DNA of 62,763 bases, filler included, from Octopus bimaculoides (GCF_001194135.2; 8 parts of 8 records of this genome joined end to end with filler, not necessarily neighbours in it); one strand, 5' to 3'. Positions 41,256 to 53,969 are shown, numbered from the whole stretch's first letter. Translations and numbers: made by a program. The notes: generated from the sequence alone by a model not told the origin.

Positions 41256-42244
41256 ATAAAGATATAAGTAGAGAGAAGGAGATGAATATGGATAGGGAGA
41301 GATAGGTACGTACAAAGGGAGATAGAAATAGAGATATATCAAGAGGAGGAGTTATAGAGCAAGAGATACAGAGAGGGGGGATTGAAAGAGAGATAAAGCA
41401 AGAAAGACAGGGAGAGTGAAGGCAAAAAGACAGAAAAACAGAGGTGAAAGAGGGAGAGTTTTACAGAGAGATAAAAAGAGAGAATGAGAGAATATACCAG
41501 GTTGAGTGGAAAGTGAGCAATGTTTTGAACCATGAAGAATTTGTACCAGATTTTTGCAGAGTTTTGAATTTTTTTTAATGATCTTTTGGCAATTGTCTGA
41601 TAATAGACAAAGACTTGCCCAAATGCATCAATAAATTAACATTGATATTTTTTCATTGTTGCTACAATCATCTGAAATGGAACATAGAGATAGTTATACC
41701 AAGGGAGCAATAGAGAGAGGCAGATAGAGAGAGACACTCTTTCTTCGGTGGAGATGACTCTCTCAGAGCAATGGGTGTTTAAATGGCTATGGGGGTCCAC
41801 CAGAATAAAATAGCAATCGAAGGGGGTCCATGCAAGTATAATAGTAAATTTTACATAGTTCAACCTATACAAGTTAATGTGTGAAAAACAAGATAGGAAT
41901 TTTGAAAGAAGTATCTATAAAATTAGTTTGGGGGGCCAACAGAATAAAATAGAAATCAAAGGAGTCCATAGATAAAAAATGATTGGGGATTCCTGCTGTC
42001 AACAATGGGAGTAAATAAGTGACACCATCAAAGAACCAGTGTCGTTCATTTCCAGTCTTCTGTGAAAACAGGTCCGGCCAAGGGAAAATATTATCTTAAT
42101 TAGAAACATGTGGATTGATACCTTGAAGGACATCTGGTTGTGAAAAATCTGTAGGTTTGCTAGACACGTAAATTTACTCTCTGTCTCTCTCTTTCTCAAT
42201 AAGTAAGAATGTTTATTTAGTGTTTCTATTTTTGTCTGTTTCAG

Positions 42245-42457
42245 TCAATTCTTAGTCGAAGGAAGAAATTAAAGTATCGCTCATACGGCCTCGTTGAAGC
42301 TGACGACGTACAACCGAGCACAAGTAGCGAAAGCGCCACATCCACCCGACAACCCAGTACAAGTAGCAGAAACTCTGCATCATACCGCATTCTTCAGTCA
42401 GCTGCAACAGCAACAAACACCGATTCCCCAACAACATCAGATGAGGATGTTGGCTAA
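42245..42457 (+). CDS. Terminal coding exon E (SILSRRKKLKYRSYGLVEADDVQPSTSS...TSDEDVG*)
   Basis: Acceptor tttctatttttgtctgtttcAG; 70 codons open in phase 0 to TAA at 42455-42457; GC-richer than the flanks; Ser/Thr-rich tail after a basic RRKKLK patch. Confidence 0.75.
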   Translation, partial: SILSRRKKLKYRSYGLVEADDVQPSTSSESATSTRQPSTSSRNSASYRILQSAATATNTDSPTTSDEDVG

Positions 42458-42729
42458 TGCTGTTGTCAGCAGTGTGGGTCACATGTGCATTGGTAGACAT
42501 GACAATACAACATTCAAGCTAATGGTGGAACCTGTACATGGTCACACAACCTGTTAGAAATGTCAGCCAAATCACCTTCAATGTAAACTCTACCATTTTC
42601 AAAAAGTACATATTAGATGATGTGGTTCTCGATACACTGTCTGAAACAGCAAAATACATCAGGGATGGTCACATTCGGAATGCCTTTTATTATAAGCTCT
42701 CTTGGATCACAAGTGACTGAGTACTAAAA

Positions 42730-43235
42730 CTAGAAATAGTACTTACATTCCACTCGCCTTGTGTTGGCGTACAACAATATGAGCCAGTTTGCAAAGGATG
42801 TCCAATTACTCGTCCTACTGAGTTTGGCAGCTGAATGCTCCTGAAAGCATCATCATTTAACACTTCAAAACATCGCAGTACAACTCTCAATCGATGGTTT
42901 AGTCCGGGGGGACGAATCAGTACAACTTTCAATCGACGGTCTGGCCCTGGGGGGACGAATTCTCGATGCATAATACCATATTTCCAGGGGTAACGCTCGT
43001 GGTAGGTCTTCCAGATCGCTCATCATCTTCCAAGGACATTCTTCTGAAGTTTAGCACAAAATTTCATGTTGGCTCTTTATTCCTGTCCATGACAAAAATC
43101 GCAGACCGCAGCAATGTCACTCGGCACGCGATGTCATGAAGGTCACTGCTAGCTCTCAGTGTGCATGCAACTGAGTGCTGACATCTGTTGGCACGCTACA
43201 GAACTAGTCCAGGATCTTTTTCATACTACCTTATA
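42730..43235 (-). mobile_element. Mariner 5' fragment
   Basis: SLEDDERSGRPTTSVT HTH-linker motif on the minus strand; TIR-like ggatctttttcatactacct followed by TA. Confidence 0.7.
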
Positions 43236-44373
43236 TGAGTTATCTCCCCTGTAGCTTGAACTTATTATTGTATACAGTGCTCAGGTGCTGCACTACAACT
43301 CCTCAGGAAAAGTAACCAAAACTGCACGAACAATAAATATAGAACAATGCACAGGAAGGGAACGGTGAATCAGTCTACAAACAAAATCTGATGGTTTGGG
43401 GCTTCAGGTGTACGGTTGGCGAATTTCAGAAAGCATGGAAGTTTTGAAGGATATACTCTCTTTTATTTGTTTCAGCCATTTGACTGCGGCCATGCTGGAG
43501 CACCGCCTTTAGTCGAGCAAATCGACTCCGGGACTTATTCTGTGTAAGCCTAGTACTTATTCTATCGGTCTCTTTTGCTGAACCGCCATGTGACGGGGAC
43601 ATAAGCACACCAGCATCGGTTGTCAAGCAATGCTAGGGGGACAAACACAAACACACATATACATACATATATACGACAGGCTTCTTTCAGTTTCCATCTA
43701 CAAAATCCACTCACAAGGCTTTGGTCGGCCCGAATCTATAGTAGAAGATACTTGCCCAAGGTGCCACGCAGTGGGACTGAACCCTGAGGTTGGTAAGCAA
43801 GCTACTTACCACACAGCCACTCCTGTGATGAATAAATATAATACAACAAAAACTACTCAAGTTGAAAAAAAATTTTTTTTAACTTTTGCTGTTATTTGTT
43901 TATTAGTTTTCTCTTTGTTTTTTGTTGTTTTTTTAATTTTGCATATTAAACAAAAAAAGGAACAAAGGAACTAGTAATGGTTAAAAGTTTACCATATCTG
44001 ATGCCATAAAAGATGCAAAGGTATATTGGAAGTACCCCCAACCCTACAGGTTGTCACCTGCCAGGAGCAGGGAAACGCCAGCAAATAGGGGATGCAACAA
44101 CATACAACTGTGCATGTTCCCATACCAGACTGGCTCAGGGGCCCGACTATGCATATGGGACCCATGGTGGTGTTTTGAGATTTTGATTTTTTTACTTGTT
44201 TCAGTCATTTGACTGTGGCCATGCTGGAGCAGTGCCATGAAAAATTTTTAGTTGAACAAACTGCCCCCAGAGCTCATTCTATGGGTCTCTTTAGCCGAAC
44301 TGCTAATTTACATTAACACACCAAGACCAGTTGTCACGGAGACAGCCCAAAGCCATACACACACATATATATA

Positions 44374-44576
44374 CTGGGTTGGTGCATAATTATTGCGGCT
44401 TTTATTCAGCAAAAACATCTGTAAATGACGGTCTGACCATCTGCCAAGCAAATGGGAAGCAATAATTGAGGTAGATGGTGAATATGCTCCAGAACAATCA
44501 TTTAAAGACGTTTTTGTTACATGTTGTTATTGTTTTTGTTGAAAAAAAAAGCCGTAATAATTATGCACCAACCCAA
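44374..44576 (+). mobile_element. Mariner MITE (Hsmar1/MADE1-like TIRs)
   Basis: About 30-bp TIRs (ctgggttggtgcataattattgcggctttt / aaaaagccgtaataattatgcaccaacccaa) flanked by TA; retains LPSKWEAIIEVDGEY from the transposase C-terminus. Confidence 0.9.
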
Positions 44577-44764
44577 TATATATATATATATATATATGCA
44601 CACAAAGGGTTTTCTTCCAGTTTCTATCTACTAAATCTGCTTAAGGCCCAACCAAAAGACATTTGAACATGCAGTGGGACTGAACCCAGAACCACGTGGT
44701 TGGGAAGCAAGCTTCTTACCACACGTTTTTTGTTTTTTTTTTAAATACATGTGTATTATACACC

Positions 44765-45542
44765 AAATTCAGAAAATTCCACATGTACGGAAAATATGAG
44801 AACATTAAGCACATGCCAATTTTAGCAGTGCATGTTCAAGAAAAAATGTTTTTATTGCATTCAAGCTTACAGGAGTCCTAACTTCATAGATAGGACTTAT
44901 GGGTGATTTTTTATTTTTGGGGTGGGAGTGAGGGTGCATCTTAAATGCCATGAAATATGGTAATTTCATAAATAACGAAGCAAAGAGAGAAACAAAACAA
45001 AAAAAGTGGGAGGGGGCACATAGTTTGAACAAAAATATTTAACCTTTATGTGTACAGGGTGGGCCAAAACATTTGACAATTTTATTTTGAATGGGGAAAA
45101 TAAATGCAAACTATAAGCCATCAAATACAGAAAATTCCAAAGGTACAGTATATTTGAGGGCATATTAGACATGGGCTAATTTCAGTAGTGCATATTCATG
45201 AAAAAAATATTTTTATTGCATTTTATAAACTTCAAGGGACCTAGGGTGAATTTGAGTTGGTTTTTTTTTTTTTGTGGGGGGCATACATCTTATATACCAT
45301 CAAGGTAATTTAATGAATAATGAGGTGACAGCAAAGTAAAAAAAAAACGAAAAAAGGGAACACATCAATATACCTATGTACAGGAGGGGCCAAAAGTCAT
45401 TCACCAAAACATTTGACATGTACTGTTATTTAGTGTTTACCATGTACATGTGTATTCACCATTATTTAATTCAATTTTAGAAAAATTGAAGCATGTTTTT
45501 GGCAATTGAACTTATTTTGTGTGTGACTTTTGGCCCACCCTG
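44765..45542. mobile_element. Tc1-like MITE array with diverged ~330-360 bp units
   Basis: TA|CAGGGTGGGCCAAAA at 45055 and a variant at 45381; inverted tgacttttggcccaccctg at 45524-45542; repeated cagaaaattcc...gtgcat..tca.gaaaaaa block at about 44770 and 45125. Confidence 0.6.
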
Positions 45543-46004
45543 TTTTCTGAAATCAGGAAAGAGAATTAAAGACACAGAAACAATATATTTCAGAACTGAG
45601 AAAACAAATATCAAACACTACATTCCTGTGTTCCAGAAGAATGTAGAAGGGTGGAGGCAGAAGATGATGTATCTCAAAGAGTAAACAACCTGTGTTGCAG
45701 TCACAGACATTTAATGACCGAGCGGTTCTTAGAATGTTTGCCAGAATGCAAGACACCACTCACCGGTGTGTGGTTGGGCTGGAGGACAAAATCTATAAAG
45801 AAATAAAGTGTGGTGGTCACCAATTATAGTATCCACGGAATGTGTATATGTACGACAGTGTACAAGGACGGGTCCTGAACAGTTCCTGGCTTTTCTTGTG
45901 GTAACTACGGCAGGATACTCTGTTCTAACAGAAAATCCACATTCAAGTGGGGATAGATATTACCTCCAGGTATTAATACTGTCCCTGTCGCTAATATATA
46001 TGCT

Positions 46005-46340
46005 CTCGAGAGTGTACTGGGGGGGCTTTTTATGTGTCCCCGGCAAAAGTGCATCACTAGCATGGGTGCCATTCAGGTGTCACTGGCACCGGCCACAACC
46101 ATGGTTTCACTTAGCTTGATGAGTCTTCCCAAGCACAGCAAATTGCCAGAAGTCTCAGATACTTGTCATCACCCCTATGAGACTCGACATCTGATAATCA
46201 CATTTCACCATCTCATCCCGCATCTTCCCAGGTCTACCTCGTCCACAATTAAAGATGTGCACTTCTTTACATTGCTGTCCTCATCCACACGCATCACATG
46301 ACTACCAGCACAGTCATCTCTCCTGCACATTACATGTGAT
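46005..46340 (-). mobile_element. RTE-clade LINE 3' fragment
   Basis: Minus-strand HVMRVDEDSNVKKC and GRPGKMRDE resemble the RTE C-terminal LRWYGHV.RM...GRP block. Confidence 0.6.
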
Positions 46341-46381
46341 GCCTTTTATACCCAGTTTTTTTTTTTGTCTTAAGACACTTA

Positions 46382-46600
46382 TGAGGGGTGGCTGAAAAAT
46401 TCCTGGTATTTAAGGTATCGTGAAAGGCTTGGTTGGAGGCCCAACTTTCTGAGTTCTGTTACAGGGCTTAGAAAAGATGAATAACCGCTGCAATAAGTGT
46501 GTGAACCTGAGAGGGGGGATATGTTGAATAAAATCATAATTAACTGATCCTCTTGTATTTTCTTTTACCCAAAGCCAGGAACTTCCCAGTACCCCCCTCA
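46382..46600 (+). mobile_element. Mariner MITE
   Basis: Imperfect TIRs (tgaggggtggctgaaaaattcctgg / ccaggaacttcccagtacccccctca) flanked by TA; retains KCVNLRGGYVE*. Confidence 0.85.
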
Positions 46601-46836
46601 TATGTGTGTATGTATGTATAGATAGATAGAGTAGGGGAAAGACAGACAGAGTTGAGGACACTGACATATGCAGATATAAACCGAGACATTGATATGTAGG
46701 TGCATATAAAGTATGACATAAGCTAATATAGTGGGAGAGACACCCATATAGGAATATATAGCGTGGGAAACTGACATATAGATGAGTGTATAGAGTGGGA
46801 GACAGAGATATAGGTGTGTACGTATATGTATATATA

Positions 46837-47225
46837 CGAGAGGAAGTCAAAAGTTAACCACACTTTCGCCATAACATATCTTTATTATTGTCACACTGCT
46901 TTCTCCACATACCTGCTTATTGTGGTCCCATGGTCAAAGTTTAAGCCTGATCGTGCCATTTCTTCTTTCTGGCTTTACAGTGTAAGCATGGCTGTTCCAC
47001 TAGCAATGTGCACCAAAGAAGAACAAAGTGCAGTGATCCAAGATGTGGTAATGGTGAACCGGTTCACCATTACCATCTCTTGAGCTTTCCGAATCTTCTC
47101 GTCAGTGGTGGAGGTTGACGGGCGTCCTGGACTTTCTTCGTGCATCACGCTTGTCCGGTCACTTTTAAATTTCTCGACCCACATTCATACATACTTCTAC
47201 GCAGTAGTGCACTGTTCCTGTACTC
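46837..47225 (+). mobile_element. Mariner 5' end with an internal inversion
   Basis: TA|CGAGAGGAAGTCAAAAG TIR; MAVPLAMCTKEEQSAVI on the plus strand; WVEKFKSDRTSV..GRPSTSTT on the minus strand. Confidence 0.8.
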
Positions 47226-47421
47226 AGAAACAATATGAAAGAAATTCAAGAGAAATGTATGTTGAATGAAAGAGGGATAATTCCATGGAACAATCCATAA
47301 GCAGCTCAGAAACAATATGAAAGAAATTCAAGAGAAATGTATGTTGAATGAAAGAGGGATAATTCCATGGAACAATCCATAAGCAGCTCAGAAACAATAT
47401 GAAAGAAATTCAAGAGAAATG
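47223..47421. repeat. 82-bp perfect tandem repeat (about 2.4 copies) running into a spacer
   Basis: Units start at 47223, 47305 and 47387. Confidence 0.9.
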
Positions 47422-47521
47422 NNNNNNNNNNNNNNNNNNNNNNNNNNNNNNNNNNNNNNNNNNNNTTAATTAATTAANNNNNNNNNNNNNNNNNNNNNNN
47501 NNNNNNNNNNNNNNNNNNNNN

Positions 47522-47963
47522 GCATTTGAAGAGGTGTGTTTAACAATATTTAGTATTTAAAGTTTCTTATTATTATCTCTAGCTAATTCTAGTGGACATT
47601 TTATGTCACAAATCGCAATTTTTGAACTACAAAAATATCGACTGTTTTGAAGACGTTTTTCTTTTATTTTGTATTTCCCATCTATATCATTCATTGATAT
47701 TTCATATACATTCGCATTTGACACTATAGTTTAAAAAAAACAAACAAACAAAAAACTAAAATGTTTATTATTGCAGTTGAATAGAAAAGGATAAGTGTGC
47801 TTTTTGCAACGATCCCCATTTGGGACTTTTCTAAAAATTTATCATAATTTCCAAAATAATTCACATATGAAGAAAATTTAAATACTATATATAATTTTAA
47901 CTCCTAAAACACCTGACAAAGCCAAAAAATATGAATTAAAAGATTTGGCAGTTAATGGGTTAA
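47522..47963. mobile_element. Possible piggyBac-type non-autonomous element right end
   Basis: Ends ggcagttaatGGG|TTAA; the left end would lie at or beyond the spacer. Confidence 0.35.
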
Positions 47964-49206
47964 AATTCTTTTTGTCATAAAATGTTTGAACAAAGATAGA
48001 CTCGCCAAGAAATTCTCTCGCTGGTTGCAGACTAACCTTAAAAAGGAAATGGAAAATTGGAAAGAAGAGTATTGGGAAACTTGAACAAGATAAATGGAAC
48101 TAAACATTTTTAACAAAAGATTTTAATTTTATGAATTCATAGATATGTGCGCGATCGTATTAAGCAACACTTATTAAAATGTCATAATACAACAATGAGA
48201 AGGAAATAGCTGGTCCTGTTTTGCCATAGAAAACTAGGAGGTTGGATGTATAGCACTCGATTCGATCCCACGTTTTGTCACAAAGAAATCACAATTCGTT
48301 CATGTGCACAAACCCAATTGTTATCCAATAAACGGCTGTTCTTAACGTGATAGTTCGGTAGCTCGTCTAGATTTTCTGTGAACGCAGCTTACAAATAGAC
48401 AAATTTGCCGCCAATTGGGCAGAGTGTTGCAGATATCAGAGCCTCAGAAGAGAAAGACACCACGTATTTGATGTTTAAAGATTAGCCCAATGTCAAATTT
48501 GAAACAAAGGCTTTCTGTACGTGTCACATACGTTGTTTCATCTGAACATTTCTTTTACTTGTATTGTATGAACCCCTTCCCTATTAATGTAACAAATAAA
48601 TTATGTTTCAAAACATAAAAAAACAAAAAAAACTCTTCCTTGTTAAAGATGAGACTTTTGAAATAGCAATACTTAGTTTCCTCGTTTGATTACTATCAAC
48701 AGATTTTCACACATATGGTTAAATGCTAATTTTAATATTCAGAAAAACCGTACACATGAATAAGTGCTAGAAAACAGTAATGCAATAATTTCCAATGCAC
48801 GCCTCACAAAATGTTCAAAATTTTTCAATATCTCCAAAAGATTTCTAATATCTCACTCCAAAAAGATAAAGCTTTAAATTCGGATATCAAAGTATCATTC
48901 GAATGTAAATTACATCGAGTAGCTGCAAGAAATCAGGAGCTACATCTGACAACAAAATATCAAAAAAGAGTTTTTGCATATTCGTCTTTCAATCTCTTGA
49001 TATCGTAAATCTTAAGACCTGTTTTGAAAGTGATCGAAAAGCTTGAAACATAGCAGCTGTAGGGAACTGAAAACGTACTTGGCAAAAACGTGAAAACTTT
49101 TGCTAAACTGAAAGCTTCTGGGTAAAGATAGAAAATGATGTAGTTTCTGTTAAATTATAAGGTTACAATAGGTTACTATAGTTATATCTATCTATCTATC
49201 TATCTA

Positions 49207-49278
<72 letters not shown>

Positions 49279-49337
49279 GCCTGTCTGTCTGTCTGTCTTT
49301 GTCTGTCTATCTGTTTGTATATCTGTCTGTTTGTATA

Positions 49338-49383
<46 letters not shown>

Positions 49384-49563
49384 NNNNNNNNNNNNNNNNN
49401 NNNNNNNNNNNNNNNNNNNNNNNNNNNNNNNNNNNNNNNNNNNNNNNNNNNNNNNNNNNNNNNNNNNNNNCTCTCTCTCTATCTGTCTGTCTGTCTTTGT
49501 CTGTCTATCTGTCTCTGTCTGTTTGTCTGTCTGTCTGTCTGCCTGCCTGCCTGTCTGTCTGGC

Positions 49564-49634
<71 letters not shown>

Positions 49635-49910
49635 TTATCTTTACATATTCGTTCCTTTTTATTTTATTATTTCTTCAAGGCTGTGGGCAGTACTGCAACA
49701 CTCTTGAAAGGTTTAGTAATACGAACAGACCCCTCGCGTATGCTAACGGCCTCTTTTTGCCGAATCGCTAAGTTACGGGGATGCAAACAAAATAAAACAG
49801 TCATCCATTCATCCAGCTATACACACACACGCACACACACACACGCATGCGCGCACACACACACACGCACGAACACACACACACACATACACACACACAA
49901 GTATATATAG

Positions 49911-49953
49911 GACAGGATTCCACAGGATTCCACAGGATTCCACAGGATTCCAC
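49911..49953. repeat. 10-bp tandem repeat (caggattcca), about 4 copies
   Basis: Directly visible. Confidence 0.85.
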
Positions 49954-50189
49954 ATTCTCTCCAAATCATAAGCACCAGCTTACGTATACACATACACACA
50001 CACAGGCCGGCCCACATGATTTTAAGCTCACCAACACATACATTCATGAGCGCTCGCCCCCATTCTCACATACACACCCAAACACACCATTCCCACATGC
50101 ACACATCCGCTTGCGCACCTTAGTTTTGCCGGATCACCATTATTATCTCACTTTCACTCAAGCTCTTTCTTCCGGCCATTTCATCAGGT

Positions 50190-50375
50190 TGAACCGTAAA
50201 TCCCTATACATTTTCTCTCTCACCGTTGTTTTCGTTCTCTCCATTCCCCACCTCTCAATTCTTTCTGTCGAAGAACGTAAGCTCGAAACGTCAAAAACTT
50301 TTCCATTTTCCCCGAGCGTCAAACTAATACATCTCGCTTATTGTTCTTTCACCTCTCTTTGTTTTTTATTTTCTG
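50190..50375 (+). mobile_element. Probable Penelope terminal-repeat fragment; related reverse copy at about 34620-34700
   Basis: gaagaacgtaagctcgaaacgtc...agcgtcaaactaatac shared in reverse orientation with 34620-34700. Confidence 0.4.
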
Positions 50376-51052
50376 TATATATATATATATNNNNNNNNNN
50401 NNNNNNNNNNNNNNNNNNNNNNNNNNNNNNNNNNNNNNNNNNNNNNNNNNNNNNNNNNNNNNNNNNNNNNNNNNNNNNNNNNNNNNNNNNNNNNNNNNNN
50501 NNNNNNNNNNNNNNNNNNNNNNNNNNNNNNNNNNNNNNNNNNNNNNNNNNNNNNNNNNNNNNNNNNNNNNNNNNNNNNNNNNNNNNNNNNNNNNNNNNNN
50601 NNNNNNNNNNNNNNNNNNNNNNNNNNNNNNNNNNNNNNNNNNNNNNNNNNNNNNNNNNNNNNNNNNNNNNNNNNNNNNNNNNNNNNNNNNNNNNNNNNNN
50701 NNNNNNNNNNNNNNNNNNNNNNNNNNNNNNNNNNNNNNNNNNNNNNNNNNNNNNNNNNNNNNNNNNNNNNNNNNNNNNNNNNNNNNNNNNNNNNNNNNNN
50801 NNNNNNNNNNNNNNNNNNNNNNNNNNNNNNNNNNNNNNNNNNNNNNTATATATATATGCCGTAACTCTTCGAAACGCCAGTGTTTTAATGGTGGCAGCTG
50901 ATGAAGGATATGTTCTCTATGTGGCCTGCGTGTTTTTTGTACCTTGTTTATCATTTTGTCCATGTTTTTTTGCAACGTCATGTACCCAGATATGTATCTA
51001 TATGTACATGTAGATGAAGGTATGTACATACATGTACATATATATGCATATA

Positions 51053-51094
<42 letters not shown>

Positions 51095-51870
51095 TCACAC
51101 ACACATTCACTTATACATATATAGGTGTAAATGTATATATGTTTATATATATATGTGTGTGTGTGTGTATAATTCTGTGATTGATTATTTCTAACTTTGT
51201 AACTTCGTGTGTAAGCATACCATGCCGTACCATACCGTACCACACCATACCAAAGCATACCACGCCATACCATACCATAAGCAGATCAGACTGGTACGTT
51301 TCTTGACCATCACATGATCAAGGAAGCAAACAAAATACACATATACCAGGCGTTCGGACATTTGTGAGTGGATAGGTGGATTGATTTTACGTTTCCAAGA
51401 CGACAGTGGCGTATCAATGATGATCAAATCGCTACACTATTTCGCTTCTGACTATATCGACTTCTCCATTTGCACGCTGGTGTTAGATGTCTCTGTCGTT
51501 TATGTTACTTAAGTATTCATCAGATCAATGGAGTCGTCAAATTTGTAGATTTGGACGCTAAATCAAGCTACTTTACGCCTCTACGTATGTAGTGTAATGT
51601 AATGTATGTATGTATGTATGTATGTATGTATGTATGTATGTATGTATGTATGTATGTATGTGTGTGTGTGCGTATGTGTGTATATATATGTATATATATA
51701 TGTATGTGTATATATATATATGTATTATATTAATATATGGTATGTATATAATGTATATTCATATATACGGNNNNNNNNNNNNNNNNNNNNNNNNNNNNNN
51801 NNNNNNNNNNNNNNTTAATTAATTAANNNNNNNNNNNNNNNNNNNNNNNNNNNNNNNNNNNNNNNNNNNN

Positions 51871-53969
51871 GCTAAAGGAAAGATCGTTTGTATAGTCAAA
51901 CGAAAGATCGTTTGTATAGCCAAAGTAAAGATCGGTTGTATAGCCAAAGGAAAGATCGTTTCTATAGCTTGAGAAAAGATCGTCTGCATAGCTAAAGGAA
52001 AGATCGTTTGTATAGTCAAACGAAAGATCGTTTGTATAGCTAAAGGAAAGATCGTTTGTTTAGCTAAAGGAAAGATCGTTTGTATAGCTAAATGGATGAT
52101 CGTTTGTATAACCAAAGGGAAAATCGTTTCTATAGCTAAAGGTAAGATCGTTTGTATAGCCAAAGGGAAGATCGTTTGTATAGCTAAAGGGAAGAACGTT
52201 GGTATAGCCAAACGAAAGGTCGTTTGTATAGCTAAAGGGAAGATCGTTTGTATAGCCAAAGGAAAGATCGCTTGTATAGCTAAATGGAAAATCGTTTCTA
52301 TAGCTAAAGGTAAGATCGTTTGTATAGCCAAAGGGAAGATCGTTTGTATAGCCAAATGAAAAATCGTTTGTATAGCTAAAGGAAAGATCGTTTGTATAGC
52401 TAAAGGAAAGATCATTTGTATAGCCAACGGAAAGATCGCTTGTATATCTAAAGAATGATCGNNNNNNNNNNNNNNNNNNNNNNNNNNNNNNNNNNNNNNN
52501 NNNNNNNNNNNNNNNNNNNNNNNNNNNNNNNNNNNNNNNNNNNNNNNNNNNNNNNNNNNNNNNNNNNNNNNNNNNNNNNNNNNNNNNNNNNNNNNNNNNN
52601 NNNNNNNNNNNNNNNNNNNNNNNNNNNNNNNNNNNNNNNNNNNNNNNNNNNNNNNNNNNNNNNNNNNNNNNNNNNNNNNNNNNNNNNNNNNNNNNNNNNN
52701 NNNNNNNNNNNNNNNNNNNNNNNNNNNNNNNNNNNNNNNNNNNNNNNNNNNNNNNNNNNNNNNNNNNNNNNNNNNNNNNNNNNNNNNNNNNNNNNNNNNN
52801 NNNNNNNNNNNNNNNNNNNNNNNNNNNNNNNNNNNNNNNNNNNNNNNNNNNNNNNNNNNNNNNNNNNNNNNNNNNNNNNNNNNNNNNNNNNNNNNNNNNN
52901 NNNNNNNNNNNNNNNNNNNNNNNNNNNNNNNNNNNNNNNNNNNNNNNNNNNNNNNNNNNNNNNNNNNNNNNNNNNNNNNNNNNNNNNNNNNNNNNNNNNN
53001 NNNNNNNNNNNNNNNNNNNNNNNNNNNNNNNNNNNNNNNNNNNNNNNNNNNNNNNNNNNNNNNNNNNNNNNNNNNNNNNNNNNNNNNNNNNNNNNNNNNN
53101 NNNNNNNNNNNNNNNNNNAAAGATCGTTTGTATAGCTAAAGGAAAGATCGTTTGTATAGCTACAGAAAAGATCGTCTGTATAGCTAAAGGAAAGATCGTT
53201 TGTATAGCTAAAGGAAAGATCGTTTCTATAGCTAAAAGAAAGATCGTTTGTATAGCTAAAGGAAAGATCGTTTGTATAGCCAAAGGAAAGATCGTTTGTA
53301 TAGCGAGAGGAAAGATCGTTTGTATAGCCAAAGGAAAGATCGTTTGTATAGCGAGAGGAAAGATCGTTTGTATAGCCAAAGTAAAGATCGTTTGTATAGC
53401 TAAATGAAAGATCGTTTATATAGCCACAGGAAAGATCGTTTGTATAGCCAAAGGAAAGAACGTTTGTATAGTGCAAGGAAAGATCGTTTGTATAGCTAAC
53501 TGAAAAGTCGTTTCTATAGCAAAAAGAAGGATCGTTTGTATAGCTAAAGGAAAGATCGTTTGCATAGCTAAAGGGAAGATCGTTTCTATAGCCAAAGGGA
53601 AGAACGTTTGTATAGCCAAAGGGAAGAACGTTTGTATAGCCAAAGGAATGATCGTTTAAATAGCCACATGGAAGATCGTTTGTATAGCAAAAGGAAAGAT
53701 CGTTTGTATAGGCAAAGGAAAGATCGTTTGTATAGCTATACGAAAGATCGGTTATATAGCTAAAGGAAAGACCGTTTGCATAGCCAAACGAAAGATTGTT
53801 TGAATAGGTAAACGAAAGATCGTTTGTATAGCGAAATTGCAGATCGTTTGTATAGACAAAGGAAAAATCGTTTGTATAGCTACAGGAAAGATCGTCTGCA
53901 TAGCCAAAGGAAAGTTCGTTTGTATAGCCAAAGGAAAGATCGTTTCTATAGCTTGAGAAAAGATCGTCT
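51871..53969. repeat. 24-bp minisatellite, consensus gctaaaggaaagatcgtttgtata
   Basis: Dozens of diverged 24-bp units fill an entire assembly piece between two spacers, with an internal N gap. Confidence 0.95.

Noticed and set aside
51871-53969. CRISPR array or ice-nucleation-type protein
   Set aside because: No unique spacers and a eukaryotic context; the 8-residue translations do not match the AGYGST repeat.
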